Shown in pieces: positions 25,344 to 38,754 of a DNA stretch of 64,000 nt (positions are counted from its first letter, which is position 1; every line of letters starts with the position of its first letter). The stretch spans positions 5,270,001-5,334,000 of the forward strand of contig NC_043002.1 in NCBI RefSeq assembly GCF_006345805.1. Reading direction: 5' to 3'. The stretch is from Octopus sinensis. Lineage: Eukaryota. Position numbers and translations under genes: made by a program. The notes under the pieces are model-generated. The model saw only the letters and a list, made by a program, of their open reading frames with translations, made no database searches and was not told the origin of the DNA.

Positions 25344-25687
25344 CTGCAGTTGGTGTTGTTCAACTGTGGGTCAATCCTGATCGAACATACAATGAAATGC
25401 TTTCCAACCGAGACCTACCCTTCTTTTTATGACTATCTAAAACTACAATGTCGAAGATGCTATTCCCTCTTTTTAAAGATGTTAGAATGTGATTTGAGGA
25501 TAATTTGGTCGATATTTTTGTGTAGCTGTCGTAACCATATAGAAAAAAACCCCTTGTTGGCCTGTGTATGAAGTAGTCAAAAGACGAAGGGAAGCACGTA
25601 TGGCCTTTGCAGGTTTTCTATGACTGGTGAGGCCGTAACGGTAGATGTTAGCCTTTAAATACTGTAGAAAAAAAAAGAACAAAAGGC
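25344..25687. repeat. Unclassified ~340-bp dispersed duplication, copy 2
   Basis: Near-identical to 21026-21366. Confidence 0.9.
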
Positions 25688-26811
25688 TCTCCACTTCCTC
25701 AACAGGACTGGCCTGAGCCTACGAGAAGCAGTACTGCCTCATTGCCGAATGGAGACTGGCGAATGGTGGGAAAAGAAAGAGAGGATAAAATGAGAGAGGC
25801 TGGAAGACTCTCATGGAGTGTCTGAACTTTGCGGACATGTAAACTAATAAATTTGAAGAAATAACCGTTACTAACGCTTAAGAGATAATTTTAGTCGTCG
25901 AGCCATCGCTGATTTCGTTCGTTATGGTAGTAATAGCAGTAGTAGCAGTAGTAGCAGTAGTAGTAGCAGCGGCAACATAGCAGCTGTTACTGTAAACCAA
26001 ACAAAATGATTGATTTGTGGCATAGATTTACTCACGCATCGTTGACTGTCTTAGACAATATCATTACTGCAACAACAACAACAAAATAACAGCAACAACA
26101 ACAGCAAATTGTTTTCTTTTTCTGAATGACTCTAAATTGGAAAATGAAGGAGCTTATATGTGGCTGCTTGTCTCACTAGAAGCAGCAGCTAGATCTCCCT
26201 CTCTTAAATTGTATAGGAAATTGTATAATTTAGTCCTAGATAAACATTAAAGACATGATGGCTACGGTTGGAAAGCCTTTAATTATAGGTTTGTTTGATC
26301 AACTAATAGGTATATTATCACTAACCCCCACCACAAACACCCGCTTTCACAGAGGTACCCACGTTACTGTTAACAATTCCACAGCAGCAACGAACGAGGA
26401 AACCTGGAAGAGTTTCAGGGGTCTCTCGACTTACCAGAAATAGCTGTAAAGCTATATCCTTAAAAGACACATTTTACCTTCTCTTCTCCTCATTTGAACT
26501 CAGATAGCAGGGACAACTACTGTAAAATATTCTATCCGAATCTCTAACGATTCTGTCTATTTGTGTGAACGATCACAGACATGATCAAATCATTGAAGCG
26601 ATGAGCTTTCAGTTCTTTTTTTTTTTTCAGTCTTAGTGTACCGAGGACTACATTATCCAGTGTGTCACAGGTGTCTATCACCCCTTTTCTTTTTCAGAAA
26701 TGGTCAACGGCACAGCAATGGGCTAACAACCTCAGCTCACAGAATGTGCATGGAGTATAGTACCATTGTTGAACAACAGCACCAATAGTATGATATTAGT
26801 CCTATGCTTAT

Positions 26812-27154
26812 GAAGGCGTATGGCTCAGTGCTTAAGACAATGAGGAAGTGAGTTCGATTTCCAGATCGGGCTCTGTGTTGTGTTCTTGAGCAAGACACTT
26901 TCTTTCACGTTGCTCTAGTTCGCTCAGCTGTAGGAATGAGTTTTGAGGTCACGGGTGCCAAACTGTATCGGCCCCTTTGCGTTTCTCTCCTAGATAACAT
27001 CGGTGGCGTGGAGAGGGGATGCAGGTATGAATGGACAGCTGCTGGTCTTCCATAAACAATCTTGCCTGGACTTGTGGCTCGGAGGGTACCTTTCTAGGTA
27101 CAAACCCACAATCATTCATGACCGAACTGGGTCTTTACGCTTTACCCTTTACCC
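26812..27154 (+). mobile_element. tRNA-derived SINE, probably Nin/Deu-domain type, with 16-bp TSD
   Basis: TSD ttagtcctatgcttat at 26796-26811 and 27155-27170; homologous to 59805-60137; (ttaccct)n tail. Domain name is from recall. Confidence 0.8.
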
Positions 27155-27334
27155 TTAGTCCTATGCTTATAGAATATACAGGCGCTATAGTCGAATGCAT
27201 TCGGTCATTGGTATGCTCGATTAAGGGTGAGCTGGAGATGAACAATTACAACATTAGCACTATCAATAATAATAATGATGATGATGATGATGATGATGAT
27301 AATAATAATAATGATGATGATGACGATGATAATA

Positions 27335-28710
27335 GTTGTAGGGGCATAGAATTGCCAAAGGGAGAAAGAATAGAAAACCCGGATGATGATGGGTTTAGTA
27401 CCTCGGGATCCTAGAGCTAGACAATATCTTGCACAAAGAAATGAAAAACAAGGTCATCACTGTATATTTCAAACGCCTCAAACTTCTCTTGAAATCGAAA
27501 CTCAACACAAGGAACCTTGAGACTGCCATCAACATATGGGCTGTTGCTGTAGTCCGCTAAAATGCACCCATCCTGACATGGACATAAGCAGAGATTAACC
27601 AACTCGATCGTACTATCTGAAAGACAGTGACAATGCATGGTGCTCATCACCCCAAGTTGAACGTACACAGACTCTACACAAAGAGGTGTAAAGGTGGAGG
27701 AAGGTTGATTAGCGTATGGGAGTTCATCAACAGTGTAAGAAGAAAAATGGCAGAATATTTGGTAAACAGCGAGCAAGACCTGCTACAGTATGCTACTAAT
27801 GCAGAAGGATTTACCAAAAATGGACTTGAGAGCGGTCATGAATTCTGATCAAGAACAGCCAATGAGAGAGAAGACACCCGACTCCGCATGGAATTACATG
27901 GTCAGTTCCACCGTGAATCTAGCAACTTAAAAGACCAGGAAGCATCACAAGGTGACTCAACAAGGATCAGGCATTGAATACCAACTCAATGAGAAGAGTT
28001 TTGTACCACACAAGTGCAACGAACCTCTGCAGAATGTGTGGGTAGAGGGTCGAAAGTGTGACTCACATTGTTAGTGCTTGTGAAAGTCATACGCGGAAAG
28101 ATTACAAGCGCAGACATGACATTGTAGACCAAAACCTTCACCGGCTACTATACCCGAAGTATGAATAGGAGGTAACGGTCGCATGGTACTAAAGTTCAAC
28201 GAGCAATGTAATGGACGAAAAGAAAACGGCAAAAGTCTTCTGAGACTTTGACTTCCAGACAGACAAGGTATTAGAGCACCGAAAGCTGCTGGATGTAGTA
28301 ACCTCTAGGAGTGACAAACAAGGGTGCCTAATAATCGACGTGGCAGAGTCAGATAAACATATTATCATGAAAGAAAGAAAAAAGATTGATAAATATGGAG
28401 ACTTGAGAATCGAGATCGCCAAGATGTGGCAGCTAGAAGAGCCAAACATGAAGGTTGTCCCTATTGTCATCGGAGATTTGGGTTCAATACCGCTTGAAGG
28501 AATAAATGGAAACTTTAGAAATACCCTACAATCTAGGTGTATTGAAAAAATCAGCATTACTTGGAACTGCACGCATATTGCGTAAGCTACTGTCTGTCTG
28601 AGATTCTTGTTGTGACTTGACAGACAGGACAAACTCTTGGTAGACACAATATCTTCATTCTACAACTTCAATCGACAAAATCACGATAGTGGATACTGAG
28701 CGACGTCTTA
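27335..28710 (+). mobile_element. R4/Dong-clade LINE, 5'-truncated and decayed, with 3'UTR
   Basis: ELPKGERIENPDDDG..LELDNILHKEMK..; MTMHGAHHPKLNVHRLYTKR.KGG; LWDFDFQTD.VLEHR..; KYGDLRIEIAKMWQL..VVPIVIGDLG; (AAT/GAT)n on both sides. Confidence 0.88.
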
Positions 28711-28846
28711 AATAATAATAATGATGATGATGATGATGATGATAACGATGGCCTCTTTCGTCGAAGACAACGCATGTATGTATGTATGTATGTATGTATG
28801 TATGTGTATATATATATATGTATATATATATATCTGTATGTATATG

Positions 28847-28877
<31 letters not shown>

Positions 28878-29076
28878 GCACATACACATATACATATACA
28901 TATATATACATATATATATATATGCACATACACATATACATATACATATATAGTGTTCATTCCCTCGTTTTCAGCCCGTATCTATGTGATAAATAAGGTA
29001 GTTTTAGAGCCATTTGGCATCTTCTTCTAGCATGTGGCATTACTCAGTCGTTGCTCGTATTTATGAAATGAAATAC

Positions 29077-29130
<54 letters not shown>

Positions 29131-29131
<1 letters not shown>

Positions 29132-29515
29132 CTTTATATGTAAAACTGAAGTTGTGTGATGTCTGTCTCCTACGATTTAGATTCCTAACTACTCCCACAT
29201 TTTGCTGTGCCGTTTAACCAAAACCGGGTATCTTATAGTCGTGATTCATATACCCTTCTGGGTATTAGCGCGCGTCTACGATGAGTCTACGATTTAAAAA
29301 AAAATTTACCATCATTTTTTCCATTTTAATGCATTTTTTCGCTATTATATAAGGGAAGTAACTCTCTAAAAATGTCTACGATGAGTCAACGATTTAAAAA
29401 AAAATTTACCATCATTTTTTCCCATTTTTTTGCTATTTTTTGGCTATAACTCTCTAAAAATGCTTATATAGTTATTTCCTTTACAAACCCGAGCAACGCC
29501 AGGCGATACTGCTAG
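29131..29515 (+). mobile_element. Non-autonomous Helitron, family A
   Basis: A|TCTTTATATG...cccgagcaacgccagg..CTAG|T. Confidence 0.88.
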
Positions 29516-30376
29516 TATACATATATAACAGTTAACGAAATAGCGTAACAGTCAATGTTTGCTTAGAAACCCATGTAAATCCATGTTTATTCAACTTTCA
29601 GTCAGGTATCAAACATGGTTTGCTCTCCGAACTTAGTTTTGGTATTACATACATTTGAACCGATTCCTGAGTGTGTATTCAAGATCAGAATAAAACTGGC
29701 GATTCAGTTGCAAAATTATTTTTGTTACTGCGTCATAAATTACATAAACTGAAGATCATATAATTTTTTTATGTAATAGTTAAAACATTTTGTAAGCGAA
29801 TACTCAATTATTGTACACATACAGACATAGACACAGACACACACAGACATAAATGCAGACACAACAAACACGCGCGGACACACACACGTACACACACACA
29901 TACACACACACACATACACACAGAGAGATATTAATGGAATATAAAATTCGGTGAATCACCGAGCAACACTTTACCACAAACTCACGCTATTAATTACAGC
30001 AACAGGAGACACATTATCATTATCAACAAACTTGATTACTTTTTCAGGCTGTTTTCCAGACATTGTTTTCGAGACACTGTCCACAGGAACAGTGACACCT
30101 AGCGGCAACATACATTCAAGACAGGTCAAAAATAATTAAAATCATTAATTTGTCTAACAATGAATTAACAACACAAGTTAGTATACTCTCTAAAGGACTC
30201 AAATTTACACCAAGTCCTCAACGACGCAACTATAACGAAATGTGAGACGTTTCTGAATTCTTTAGAAGATGGAAATTCACCGAAGAATTGAACGACAACA
30301 ACTACGAGGACGATTCGATAGTAAGAAACAACAACGACTACAATCCACCAAGAGATAAAAACAAAACCCATGATAA

Positions 30377-32531
30377 CACTACGTAACAATTTTCAAAAAA
30401 AAATTTTATTGTTTATCAATCCACTTTTTCTGCTGATTCCAAAAATGAAATAATTTTTTTGCGTATCATCAACAGTTAAAAAAATATGTCGACTTTCAAT
30501 GTTATTATATATTCGGTAGTTTTATAATGTTCCGCTACTAAATGTATGTTTAATTTTCTTTTTCAGACCAATTACAAAGTTGTGCTCCTTTCAGGATCGC
30601 TACTAGAGTATGTAAAAATTATCCAGATACATTTTGCTATGTGTGTGGTTATTATTGGAAAAAAAAAGCAGGTATTACATAAGATCGTGAAAGGTGCCAA
30701 ATTGTGGATAGCGTACAGACTCTATTTCAGAATGCCCATGGGAGACCAGGACAAACTATGGGCTCCACATGTGATATGTGGAAGCTGTCGATCTGCTCTA
30801 GGAGGATGGTTAAGAGGTACAGGAAGGTCAATGTCTTTTGCCATTCCAAGGGTATGGAGAGAGCCAAAGAACAATCACGATGACTGTTACTTTTGTATGA
30901 TCGATGTGACAAAGTACAGAAAAGTGAAAGGAAGACAAGCTCTTCAGTATCCAGACATACCATCATCTAGAGCACCTGTCCCACATGATGACAGTTTACG
31001 AGTACCACTACCACCAGAAAATATTTCATCTGAAGAGTCAACAAGTAGCAGAAGCCAAGAAATGGAGGAAGCTTTCGTACCAAGAACGACTTCGGAGCCT
31101 CACTTTCCAAATCAGAGTGAGCTAGATGATTTAATCAGGGATCTGGGTCTTACTAAGTCAGGGGATGAACTTCTTTCATCAAGGTTGAAGGAAGGGAATC
31201 TACTGGGGAAGACTGCAAGACATCTGTGTACCGCAAACGCCATGAATAATTTGAAATTTACTATGAAAATATTAATGATCTGTGTTATTGTAAAGATGTG
31301 ATTTGTTTGTTTACTGCTATTGGACTCAAGCATGATTCTGCAGAATGGCAACTGTTCATAGATAGTTCAACACGAAGTCTCAAAGCAATGTTGCTCCACA
31401 ATGGAAATAGATATCCTTCTTTGCATCTTGCACACTCCATACAGAAGAAGGAAAATTACGATAATGTCAAAGAACTTCTCGACAAAATAAATTACGCTGA
31501 GTTTATGTGTTTATGTGTGGTGATTTCAAAATGCTTGCCTTCTTGCTTGGCTTGCAATGGGGATACACAAAGTATTCATGTTTCCTTTGCTTATGGGACA
31601 GCAGAGCTGATGATGATCATTACAAGAGAGTACATTGGCCCCCAGGAGTGGAACTGCACCCAGGAATGTTAAATGTTCTCAGATTCCAACAAAATCATCT
31701 TATTACCCCCACTTCATATCAAACTCGGATTGGTAAAACAGTTTGTGAAGGCCTTAGAGTTTAGAGGAGAATCTTTTCATGAAACTTGTCTTATGTTTCC
31801 AAAGCTATCTGAAGCTAAGATCAAGGGTGGCATATTTGTTGGGTCCCAAGTAAATGCAATGTTAAAGTCGAAGAAACTGGAAAGAGCGATGACAAAAGTT
31901 GAAAAAGGAGCTTGGTATGCATTTCGTGGATTCCTAGGAAATCACAAGGATCCTAGTTACAAACAGCTGGTAGCAAAGCTTATAGAAAACGTCAAGAAAA
32001 TGGGTTGTCGTATGCCCTTAAAGGTTCATTTTTTTGCACTCTCACCTATATTTTCCCCGAAAACTTGGATGATGTCAGTGAGGAGCATGGTGAGCTATTT
32101 CATCAGGACATCGCAACTATGGAAAGAAGATACCAAGGACGATGGGATACTGCTATGATGGGAGATTATATATGGTCTCTAGTCAAAAGAGATGAAGGTA
32201 TACACTCCAGAAAATCTCGATCATCAAAGCAGTTCTCATCTTAAGAAAAGAGTTATCAAGGCATTTACAGTGCAGAGTTTTATTGTTTCTTTTTGTTCTA
32301 TATATGAAAAAGTACTATATGTTGTGTATTTATCCTTACAATACTAGAATAGATTGAACCAACAAAGTGCTGTAGGGAAAAGTTACAAATATAACGAGCA
32401 AATATGAAATTAGGAATAAATAAATAACTATCGATGTTACGTCAAACGAATGTGATTTTTGAATTTAGTGGCAAAAGATGCATATCTGAACATTATAAAA
32501 TACAAATAAACAAAACATGTATTACATTGTG
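30377..32531 (+). mobile_element. Chapaev3-type DNA transposon (Transib/RAG1-related DDE), complete ends, frameshifted transposase
   Basis: Ends cactacgtaa.../...ttacattgtg (8/10 inverted match); TAA duplication at 30374-76 and 32532-34; WAPHVICGSC, EPKNNHDDCYFC, LFIDSS, CGDFK, YSCFLCLWDSR, PPLHIKLG, SEEHGE.FHQD. Confidence 0.85.
30546..32244 (+). pseudogene. Chapaev3 transposase pseudogene
   Basis: Split over five overlapping ORFs (30546..31301, 31298..31672, 31507..31764, 31673..32158, 32005..32244). Confidence 0.85.
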
Positions 32532-33944
32532 TAATTTATGTGAATATATTTTGAATTATTCATATCAACACACGCACATAAAGACAAAGCAAACTTCAGG
32601 AAGAGTGAATGGGACGATCTAAGTTTAAAGATGATAAAAAATAATAATTAAACAGGCCAATAAAGGAAACAAAATATTATGAAAATCTTGTGTTATCCAT
32701 ATTAGCAGATAATGCATTCTATGAAAAAGCCCAAAACTAGGCAACAAAAATAATGAGAAACCTTAGAATATTAATGAACTAATATTAAAAACGACTCACC
32801 AACAAGGAACACGACTACATTACCAAATTCGGTAACCAAAAGTTCACAAACAAGCCACCGCCATACACATCAATGTTCCTCCACCAAATTTTCAGAATTT
32901 AAAACCAAAAATATCCGGTCCTACATGTGAAACCCATCGCCAAAGCAATGTTGTTTTAGATATCTTGCTTAAACCATTTCTCAAGCACTTCAGAAGCTTC
33001 ATAAGACATGACTTAGATATACTCAGTCACCTATTGAAAATAGTCAAACGGAAAAAACTGAGAATATCTTTCGATGTAGTGAATTTCTATTCAACCAATC
33101 CTCACAACTTAGGAATTCAAGCCATTAAATTCTGGCTGGATAATTATACAAGAAAAATATTCATAACATACAAGAAAAATGGAAAAGTTCCCTCGACGGT
33201 TGTTTCATTCTCTGGAATGAAAAAAAACAGAGAAACTAAAAGAATTTGAAACACTGCACAATGGAGTTAATGAAAATATTCATTTTCCAATGGAATATAG
33301 CCATAAACAACTCCCATTTTTAGACACTCTCTTAAAAAAAAGTCAACAGACAAATAAAGACAGACACTTACTATAAGCCTATGGACTCCAAACAATATCT
33401 TCCATTCAGTTCATGCTGTGCAAGACACCAAAATGATGTCCCTTATTACCTAGCCAAAAGGATTTGTACAATAGTACCGGATACAAACACCCATAAGACC
33501 TTTGGCAGAAATTATCCGCTATCATTAATCGATAATTAAACGAGCCTAAAAATTCAGTATCCAGGAACTCAGACAAACAAAACAAAGAAATAAATCTACC
33601 ACACATCTCCACTCTCAACTTCCAAAACAATGAAACCTACAACATCGCATCACATAATATTCCATCACTGAAAAAGGACCACGGGTTGAACCAAATCCTG
33701 CAAACACATACTATTATAAAGAGCAAAAGAAGAAAAACGCTCTAAGTCAACGCATAATCCTGCATAGATCGCAAATTAAAGAACGGGAATACAAACAAAT
33801 AGGACTCGGTGAACATAGAGACACATGTGCAGATGAAAAGCAACAAAACTTTACGATTTTCCGTCTCTATAAATTTGCTGATGATACGACGCAACGCCGT
33901 TGTGTCAACAAAGAAATATCCTTCATAACAAAATACCAACTACA

Positions 33945-34289
33945 CCTAAATCTCTGTGGCAGAGGAACGGGAGCTATCAACGTTATGTTTGTTCTTTCTC
34001 GAGCCATGCCTGGCTCATAAGGGCCGGTTTTCCGGTTTCCTTGGCATATAGGTTCCCCACCTGGACGGGACACCGGTCCGTCACAAGTGAGCTGCAAGAG
34101 GCAGGAAGAAAGAGTGCGGGAAAGTTGTGGCGAAAGAGTCAGCAGAAGTTTCGCCATTACCTTCTGCCGGAGCCGCGTGGAGCTTAGATGTTTCGCTCAT
34201 AAACACACACATCGCCCGGTCTGAGATTCGAACTCGCGATCCCTCGACCGCGAGTCCGCTGCCCTGACCACAAGGTCATGTGCCTCCAC
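33945..34289 (-). mobile_element. tRNA-derived SINE with a Meta-like central domain
   Basis: gtggaggcacatgaccttgtgg head; gacggaccggtgtcccgtccaggtggggaac..gaaaccgg. Confidence 0.78.
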
Positions 34290-34294
34290 TAAAA

Positions 34295-34546
34295 TAAATG
34301 CGCCCTTTTAAAGCCTAGCCAGGCTCATGTGCCCGGTTTCCCGGTTTCAATGGCGTATGTGTTCCCCAGCTGGACGGGATGCCAGTCCATCGCAGCGTTA
34401 CTTATTTTTGCCAGCTGAGTGAACTGGAGCAACGTAAAATGAAGTGTTTTGCTCAAGAACACAACGCGTCTCCCGGTCCAGGAATCGAAACCACAATCTT
34501 ACGATCATGATGTTGACACCCTAACCACTAAGCCACGCGCCTCCAC
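34295..34546 (-). mobile_element. tRNA-derived SINE with a Meta-like central domain
   Basis: gtggaggcgcgtggcttagtggttaggg head; gcgatggactggcatcccgtccagctgggg..gaaaccggg. Confidence 0.8.
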
Positions 34547-34854
34547 TGCGAGTTATCAACCATCATCAACAATACTGCAACTGGGCTATCACGATGACTG
34601 CTAGGTTATAGATTGACAGCTGCTATAAACCAATACTGTTACTACTAGTTAGATGGAAGACTGCTATAAGCTATTGGGAACAATAGTTACCTCTACTTCT
34701 CTTCCTCCTCCAACCACCAACAATCTTGTGGTAGCAACATTAGCTAGCAACATTGAGAAGGAAACGAAATACAGAGAAAACGTGTGAACTTCAAGAACCG
34801 ATATTGTGAAAGTTTACTTTAATTTACTTTGAAAGTTTACTTTAATTTACTTTG

Positions 34855-34897
34855 TAGCATGAAGAGGTTGTATTAAAGCGACCGAAACCGGTAGCTA
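34855..34897 (+). ncRNA. Minimal type I hammerhead-like motif (C3 to A variant)
   Basis: tagc AUGAAGA GGUUG uauuaaag CGACC GAAA CCGG UA gcua. Confidence 0.62.
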
Positions 34898-35029
34898 TTT
34901 TGTTAATATTGTACATATTGTCTTTAAGGTTTCCATGATAAAGATCACTAAGCATTTTTCTTTTTACTTTTTCAATACGTGTGTATGGAAAGGGGTGAAT
35001 GTACGGGGACGTAGGCATATGTAGATATA

Positions 35030-35251
35030 TATACTCTTTACTCTTTTTTACTCTTTTTGACTGCAGCCATGCTGGAGCACCGCCTTTAATCGAGCAGCTC
35101 GACCCCGGGACTTATTCTTTGTAAGCCCAGTACTCATTCTATCGGTCTCTTTTTTGGCCGAACCGCTAAGTGACGGGGACATAAACACACCACCATCGGT
35201 TGTCAAGCAATGCTAGGGGGACAAACACAGACACACAAACACACACACACC

Positions 35252-35285
<34 letters not shown>

Positions 35286-35447
35286 CGACATGCTTCTTTC
35301 AGTTTTCGTCTACCAAATCCACTCACAAGGCTTTGGTCGGCCCGAGGCTATAGTAGAAGATACTTTCCCAAGCTGCCACGCAGTGGGACTGAACCCGGAA
35401 CCATGTGGTTGGTTAGCAAGCTACTTACCACACAGCCACTCCTGCGC
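35030..35447 (-). mobile_element. OR1-like SINE, full length
   Basis: Both halves present around the internal (CA)/(TA) repeat. Confidence 0.92.
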
Positions 35448-35772
35448 CTATGTGTGTGTATGTCTTTGTATTTATATATGCGTATGTCTTTGTATTTACA
35501 CACATATACACACGCATGCACACACGCATTCACACACATTCAATTCCTAACTATTACAAATAAATCGCAACAGAAAACCCTATCAACTGATTAATTGGTT
35601 GTTTAGTTATAAGTTGTTGACATATGTTTTATATCGTGTTGGGATGGACGTTGTATTAGAAGGAGTGATGGACAGACACATTTCAGTTTAGAGTTTGTTC
35701 ACTTTAAATTACAAATAAGTACCAAGCGCTCATAAAGTGAAATAAGAAACAAAACGGATCAACATCCAGAAC

Positions 35773-35832
<60 letters not shown>

Positions 35833-35840
<8 letters not shown>

Positions 35841-36028
35841 GAATTTACGATAAAAAACAAAAGACGAAGACAGTTGGTGTACAAAACAAACAGATGTATT
35901 AGTACAACGCCCAGGAATAGAAAATGTCTTTTACTTTTCGAGCCTACGCTCTTCTACAGAAAGGAACACAGAAAAAACAAGGGGAGAAACAAGGGGAGGA
36001 AAAAATGTGTGTAGTGGCTAACGATCTA
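35833..36028 (-). mobile_element. ~195-bp HHR-like mini-element, copy 1
   Basis: Same ends as 37112-37300 and 43658-43855; HHR-like motif at 35928-35963; (TA)n flanks. Confidence 0.82.
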
Positions 36029-36945
36029 TCATATATATATATATATATAATCTTTGCAATACAAAAACTCCACTACCAAAGACATAAACAATTACAAAAG
36101 AAATAACAAATGCATTGTGAACACCAAAGACACAAATAACTTCCTAAATTCACATGAAGACAGTAAATGTCAAGGAAGATACAAAGTGACATTAATAAAA
36201 TCTGTAGAGACGTTCCTTCACAATCGAGATTCTACTCAGTGAAATCCACTGAACAGAACAAAACTTAATTAACGAGTATTTTAACAAAATGATAAACCAA
36301 ACCGTAGAACAATGAAAGAAATACGGTAATTACATCAGTCAGCGAGTATTTTAACAAACTGATAAGCCAGGCCAAGGAACAATGCAGTCAGAAATTCGAC
36401 GCGATAATTACATCAGACAAAACACCTATTAAAACTACAGTAGCTGCACATAAAGTGTAGAGTAAGAATCAAATGTACGCCAACAATAGAGCAGATTAAC
36501 CCATTATAAACGCCTCATAAAACAGAAAACAAGATGCATTAAGCCATATCAAAAACTAACACGATATATTAGAAAAACAAATTAAAATTTATCTTATCAA
36601 TTACAGACCACATGCAAGTAAACCCAGAAATAAGCTACTAGTGATTAGTGTGGTTTATTAATTCGATTACGAATGTGAAAGTTGTAAACAAAGTAATTTC
36701 GTCTATTATATTGACGATAAAGTGCAATACTCTCCCGCTAGCTGACCGTGAATTTATTTACAACCAGGAGCAATTGCAATAAACGGCGCTCACAAGAAAG
36801 CAAAACTAGATAAGGAAATAACAGTGGCCAACACATTTGTATATTTGTACACTGCCGAATTCTCCACAAAAAATAGACGATTAATTATGGATGCAATACT
36901 TATAATAATAGCTCATTGTATTTTTAATTGTTAACGTGTACGTGC

Positions 36946-36952
36946 ATGTATG

Positions 36953-36986
<34 letters not shown>

Positions 36987-37048
36987 TGTATGTATGTATG
37001 TATGTATGTATGTATGTATTATGCATGTATGTATGTATGCATGCATCA

Positions 37049-37111
<63 letters not shown>
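36946..37111. repeat. (TATG)n/(ATCT)n microsatellites
   Basis: Directly visible. Confidence 0.95.
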
Positions 37112-37114
<3 letters not shown>

Positions 37115-37300
37115 AGGGAGAATTCACACAAAAAAAAACAAAAGTCGAAGACATGTGGTGTAAACAACAAACAAATGTATTAGTTTAACGTTCGGGAAGT
37201 GAAAAAGTCTTTAACATTTCGAGTCTATGCTCTTCCACAGAAAGGGACGCAGAAAGAAACAAGGAGAGAAAATAAAGAATGTGTAGTGGCTAGCGATCTA
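37112..37300 (-). mobile_element. ~195-bp HHR-like mini-element, copy 2 (more diverged)
   Basis: tatagggagaatt...gtgtagtggctagcgatcta; motif at 37209-37244. Confidence 0.8.
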
Positions 37301-37319
37301 TATGATGTACTTTTCTCCG

Positions 37320-37351
<32 letters not shown>

Positions 37352-37977
37352 ATCAAAATAAGCAACAGGTATATCCGAGGTAGAGTGGTACAATTGTTTC
37401 ATGCTACTTCATTTTATTAAAACCTGTAAGTATTACATCAGTTTTAAAATGTCGAGTAATTTTCAGCCACTTATAGAATTTTCCAAGCAAACGGACAATG
37501 CACATTCTTATCTCTGTTTCGTTTGCCAACATTATAAAGAGGGTAGATATACAGACAGAGAGGCTGATTTCATTCTTAAGAACATGATAGTAGTAAATTT
37601 ACTCTCTGACTGTAGAATTTTTCCTTTTGTTATTTAGATCTGTCAGTGGGGAGGGGGGTTTTATTTTTGGTTGGATGGAGACAAAGAATTTTTCTATTTA
37701 TAGATATAGGAAGGGGTAGAACAAATGTCAAACCATAAACCTATTCCCATTCTGAGGAACCCAGCCCAGATACATTTGAATGCACTATAGCAAAAAGCTA
37801 GTATGTTGAAGTTAGAGGGGTAGGAGAACATAGATTACTAGTGCTCTAGAGGTTTTAATGTCCCTTACCATTTGACATTCAGATTCTATATTAAGAAATT
37901 AAGTAAATATCCTTTAGACAATTTTCTAAATGATTTCAATAAACATTAGTATCTTATATAGGGATAAAAAATATAGA

Positions 37978-38467
37978 AATTATTTCATATTTATATGAAT
38001 ATATATCCATTTCCATTAATATATAATCATAATTAGCTAGTAAGTGGTGATTATTTTAATGAGTTGAATTAAAAGAAAATGTTAGACATAATATTTACTA
38101 ACCGTGGAAAAAACATTATTAATTTAGTACATATATCAGGAGTCAATAAGATATATTAAAAAGTAATTGAAGGGAGGTAATCAAGATGAACCAAGTAATT
38201 TCTCTAGATATATAGAATTATTTGCGATTATTTCATATTTATATATCCCCATTTCCATTAATATAGAATCATGATTAGCTAGTAAATGGTGATTTGTTTT
38301 ATTAATGAGTCGAATTTAAAGAATATGTTAGACATAATATTTACTAACTGTGGAGAAAAAGCTTTATCAATTAAGTAAATATATCAGGAGTCAGTAAGAT
38401 ATATTAAAAAGTAATGGAAGGGAGGTAATCAAGATGAACCAAGTAATTTCCCTAGATATATAGAATT
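37978..38467. repeat. Old tandem duplication, ~245-bp unit x2
   Basis: ttatttcatatttata...ggaggtaatcaagatgaaccaagtaattt.ctagatatatagaatt occurs twice; arms visibly diverged. Confidence 0.85.
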
Positions 38468-38754
38468 TTTTCTTTCCAATATAGGAGAGTATAAAAAAAA
38501 AAAGAAAAAATATTCTAATTTCATATATTCAGATTTATATATATAATGAAATTTCTTAGTAATCTATGCAGGTTGAATAAAAGTTAGTATGGTATATTAA
38601 TTTTTATTTGGTTATAAGATATTAGGATTTGAAAATTTAGGAATGGTCAGAAAGTTATTATTTAAAATACTTAAACGTACGGGTAGCACAATGTATACAA
38701 GATACTCCCAGTTCAGAACGGATATTCAATAAATTTGTATTATTCCTATACCCT

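Larger units (their letters stand above)
29930..34980 (+). mobile_element. Decayed Penelope-like element (RT and GIY-YIG), interrupted by Chapaev3 and two SINEs; a probable 3' HHR region follows
   Basis: IINLSNNELT..ILSKGLKFTPSP (~30130); DDKKIIIKQANKG (~32630); SFIRHDLD..SFDVVNFYSTNPHNLGIQAIKFWLD (~32990); LPFLD..TDTYYKPMDSKQYLPF (~33310); RIILHRSQI...GEHRDTC..FTIF (~33750). Ends approximate. Confidence 0.78.

Noticed and set aside
30546-32244. Domesticated RAG-like recombinase gene
   Set aside because: Multiple frameshifts, retained TIRs and TSD, and no RAG2-like partner: an ordinary dead transposon copy.
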